From the NCBI GenBank assembly GCA_052426225.1, contig JBNJNM010000009.1, positions 868,001-932,000 of the forward strand: 64,000 nt of DNA, read 5' to 3'. This stretch comes from Zancudomyces culisetae HAW-14-8. Taxonomy: Eukaryota; Fungi; Kickxellomycota. Numbering within the stretch: the first letter of the stretch is position 1; each line of letters opens with the position of its first letter. Positions 60,412-64,000 of this stretch are shown piece after piece. Under the pieces are notes generated by a model, which saw only the letters and a program-made list of their open reading frames with translations, was not told the DNA's origin and searched no databases. The translations under genes and the position numbers were made by a program.

Positions 60412-61257
60412 TGTCGCAATAAGCCGAATTGTAATGCAAATCCGAATAGTGTACAAGAAATTTTGTTGTACACTCATTGCGGAATACCAATTTTTATAAT
60501 TTTTATTGTCGTTTAAATTTTTGTTCAAATTAATTTCGACTCAGCATGAAATAAATTCTACATGCTGAGTCCATTCAATAATGATGATTCTAGTACGAAA
60601 TATGTTTTCATACTGAACATCAAATAATTTTAATGATTATGTGTTCCCACACATAATCTTAATTGCACGTATGCTGCAATTATGAAACAAAACTATTAGT
60701 ATACTTAACAGCATAATAATAGTGTATAGTTAATTTATTATTTGAAAAAACTAGGTTAGCATTTAAGTTTTTAATCATATATATAATTGATAGAGTAGTC
60801 TATTAGGTAACTTTATCCATGTCCTACTTTACGGATTAAATAGTATAGTTAATAAACTCAATAAAACAAACTTTAAAAGTATATACATATAATAAATAAC
60901 CAAACATCATGAACTATTTCTTTTATACCAAAAGTAAATCCAAGAGGGATTCTGAAACTAGCTCCAGCCTGAGCACGGCTAGTAGCATGGACCAAGAGAC
61001 TGGGGTTTTAAGTCCTCGGACTCTTGGGGAGTTGACAGAAAGTGTCCGTCAACTCCAAATCCGTAGGAGCCCAGAACCAATGTCCGTGAGCAGTATCTCA
61101 CCGACATTGTATAGGGGAAACAGCTCACCCGAGCACCCTATTATGCACATCACACTACGGGGTAGTGGTGCATCTTCATCAAGTGGTCATACCCAAACTG
61201 GTATGACACATGATGAACTTAATAATCATGGTTAGAGAAATTATGATTATTACGACA
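60412..61257 (+). repeat. Long hairpin-rich LTR-like unit (846 bp) containing ORF 60909-61235; leftmost unit of array C
   Basis: TGTCGCAATAA...TTATTACGACA TIR; flanks CATC and AAAC do not match. Confidence 0.7.
60909..61235 (+). CDS. Small Ser-rich ORF inside an LTR-like unit, function unknown
   Basis: 108-aa ATG ORF forming a GC-richer island in AT-rich LTR sequence. Confidence 0.4.
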   Translation: MNYFFYTKSKSKRDSETSSSLSTASSMDQETGVLSPRTLGELTESVRQLQIRRSPEPMSVSSISPTLYRGNSSPEHPIMHITLRGSGASSSSGHTQTGMTHDELNNHG

Positions 61258-61261
61258 AAAC

Positions 61262-61858
61262 TGTTGTATGCAAAAGCATCAACTTAAATTTACCGCTTTC
61301 ATTGCAGCAAAATAGCAGAGAAATCAATTTTGAAAAAATTGTTTCCTGCGCAATTCAATTTAGATTACAAATATTATGACCATGTCATAAATTTTTGTCA
61401 ATTTTACAGTCAATTTAATAGTACAAATCGATTTATTTTTTAATCGAATCGATTTTATACTTTATTAGTGGATTTATTTTTAATCAATTTTATTAGTAAA
61501 TTATTAGTATAAATTGAAAAAATTTGTAAATCCGACCAAAACCACACTAAAAGTAAAAATAAACATATATAGAGAGGCGTAATACTATTTTTTTAGTGTA
61601 AGGAAAGGGCCATTTTGGATATATTTTCCAGGTTTTGGGAGGAATTCTTTTAAATAAAATTATTTTTACCAAAAATTGTGGAAATTGTCCAGTTGTGTTC
61701 TTTCCGAGGGGGTTTTATAGATAGTGGTTAACTGGCTAGAAATGGTAAATCCTGTGTCAGTAATAACCACCCTTCTAGGGAACCGTGATTGATATTAGTG
61801 GAAGTTTTTTGGGAAAATCCTATTGGACTAGTACTAAAAAATGAAAACAAATTCAACA
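61262..61858 (+). repeat. Solo LTR (~597 bp); array C
   Basis: TGTTGTATGC...ATTCAACA termini, left flank AAAC, related in reverse complement to 4068-4332 and 2304-2992. Confidence 0.8.
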
Positions 61859-61861
61859 AAA

Positions 61862-62197
61862 TGTCGTATGAGAAATACGATGGAACGATTTATCTACCTA
61901 TTTTATATTTTATATAATTAGCAGTATTTTTAGATTGAACTTTTTCTCCCCTCGTGGTTTTTGTTCAACATTCATTATTAGGATAGTTTAAAATTAGATT
62001 ATAGTTAACACAAAATTATAGGACATATTTGGGGGTTAATACAATCGCCCACAACTTAATTGAATAAAATAACTCTTAACCACATTTAAAATTAGTTAAA
62101 TATAGTATAAACATATAAAAAATAATACATAATATTATACTACACGGATAGAGAAATACATTAAGAAATAATATTAGAACTAGTAAGTTCTACATCA
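61862..62197 (+). repeat. Solo LTR (336 bp); array C
   Basis: TGTCGTATGAGAA...TTCTACATCA termini, AAAA TSD, same family as the reverse complement of 53981-54314. Confidence 0.85.
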
Positions 62198-62203
62198 AAA
62201 ACA

Positions 62204-64000
62204 TGTCGTATGAATTATTGGAAATTACGAGTTTCGTATTCCATTTTTTTCCCCTTGTGGTTTTTGGGAATATGATAAGGAATAGTTTTCAATAGTTATC
62301 AATTTTATTTCTTATCTATAATTATTTTTAGTCAAGATTTCTTGGCAATTCATCAAAATAGTTTTTATTTAAATACATTTAAGTAGTAATATTTGAATCT
62401 GCGTCCTCAAAAATAGTAAATAAAGATACGCTAATAAACAAATTTTTGCAGCGTACCAGTATAGTTAGTTTTATAACAAATATATTAAATAATTATCATA
62501 ACAAATTTAGTAAACGTTGGTAGAAGTAAATTCCACCACATTTGGCGCTCCCAGCTAGGCTGAAACAATTATTAATTCGAATTATCTATATATAAACAAA
62601 ATATCTTTTATTATATCATTACAACAATTTATATTAAACATCAAGAAAAATAATATAAAAATAAATATAAATATAACAAAATAATAATATAAAAATAAGA
62701 ACTCATAACAAAACGAAATGAAAAAACAAAATTATAAAGTACTGGAACCTACAGAGTTCAACGGATCACTATGGCAGGACCCCGAAAATTGGGTAAAAAG
62801 GTTTGAGATTTACATGAAAAAGAACGATTTCGAAGAAGCAGAGTACGTGGATTGTGTGGAGTCTTATCTAGGTGGTAAAGCAAAACAATGGTACATAATT
62901 TATCAAGACAAATTCAAGGATTGGACAAAGTGCAAGGAGTTATTCTTGAAACAGTTTAAAAGCAAAGAAAGGGAGTTAGCTTCATGGGAAGAGCTCCAGG
63001 GATTCAAACAGGATAGCATGGATATTCTAGAGACTGCATCTAAACTGCAAGTACTGTTCAAAGCCGCAAGTTAACAGAAGAAAAAGATAAATTACGTTAC
63101 CTAACCGCTTGCTTAAGACCAACATTTAAAAAGCTTATTTTTGAAAAAGGTACTGAATCATGGGAAGAAGCAATAAATCATTTAGTTAGACATGAACAAC
63201 TAGAAAGTATGTGCAACGATACTTCAACGGGTAGCGGAGGAAATCTTTTTGAAAATGTTACTAAGGAAAGGCTAATACAAGAAGCTAGGTCTATAAAAGA
63301 TGATCCAGAAGTTATGTATGAAAAGATAGTCAAAAAGTTTGACGAACTCAGTATCAACATTATCAATAGTATTAAGGCAGGCAACAGCAGACCACCACCA
63401 AAAAGTCCTTTCTGTTTCGAGTGTAGGGAGCCGGGACACTGGCCATACCAATGTCCTAGGAGGGAAGCTAATCCAAGAACCGGACCAAGTGTAGCATCGG
63501 GAAGTAATGCAATGCCTGTGAATACTAACAAGAGGGAAGTAAATTTTTTGGAAGTTGAAAATGATATCGTAGTCAGTCAAGTTTTTGAGTGTGAAGCAAA
63601 TGAAGCTGAAATCTATGCAGCAGAAAAGAGAAAGAATGAATTACAATCAGAAAAAGAAGCTAAAAAAAGAAGAGAAGGCGAGTCAACAATAGAAGTTAAG
63701 CCTAATAGGGACATCCTGAAACCTAGAATTCAGCGGAAGAAAGCAGTACCTATTAAATTTACAACTGACAAAGATGAATATTCAATCAAGAAAGAGCTAC
63801 AAGGCATACAAGCTAATATAAATTTGGCCCAGCTTCTAGAAGCTTCACCACAGGTGCGAAAGGAGCTAATTAGTTACGTTAGAAGGGGTGAGGAGTATGA
63901 AATTAAAGAGGTGAACAGCATTGAAAATGTAAGTTCAAACTGCAAGGCTATAATAAGTATATTTGGAAGAAACTACTGGGCTATATTGGACACAGGCGCT
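62204..64000 (+). mobile_element. Ty3/gypsy element, 5' part (5' LTR 62204-62540, PBS 62543-62560, gag-protease); runs off the window
   Basis: TGTCGTATGAA...CCACCACA LTR, PBS TGGCGCTCCCAGCTAGGC, gag from 62718. Confidence 0.92.
62718..64000 (+). pseudogene. Gag-protease with a 1-nt frameshift near 63068, 3'-partial
   Basis: The capsid frame stops at 63072-63074. The -1 frame is open from 63068 (KLTEEKDKLRYL...) through a CCHC knuckle CFECREPGHWPYQC to the protease motif ILDTGA at the window end. Confidence 0.85.

Noticed and set aside
63063-63076. Ty3-type programmed +1 frameshift (GCA AGT T resembles GCG AGT T)
   Set aside because: The open downstream frame is -1, the +1 frame stops within seven codons, and the site is inside capsid before the zinc knuckle. 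A 1-nt deletion or sequencing error is more likely.

Overview
AT-rich eukaryotic (fungal) genomic window; gene content, intron style and composition suggest an early-diverging fungus, with Kickxellomycotina/Harpellales as an unverified guess. The centre (12.4-52.3 kb) holds host genes: MET2, MRD1, a six-exon PTH2 missed by the ORF track, a secreted Ser/Asp-rich Cys-domain protein, BET5, an ACS-family MFS transporter, CHC1, a Q-rich ORF, ASH2/BRE2, a fungal transcription-factor gene with two in-frame TGA codons, two tandem GSTs and a 3'-truncated MET17. Both ends are Ty3/gypsy territory. The main observation is that the LTRs there form three polarised head-to-tail arrays. Many different TG...CA LTR families are stacked at one target site, each unit separated only by a re-duplicated 4-bp target word (GTCG; TTTT; AAAC). 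One array begins 7 bp upstream of a tRNA-Ile(AAT) gene. Overlapping TSDs give the insertion order at several junctions, so each array reads like a chronological record of Pol III-anchored integrations. All coordinates were read by eye and may be off by 1-2 bp.
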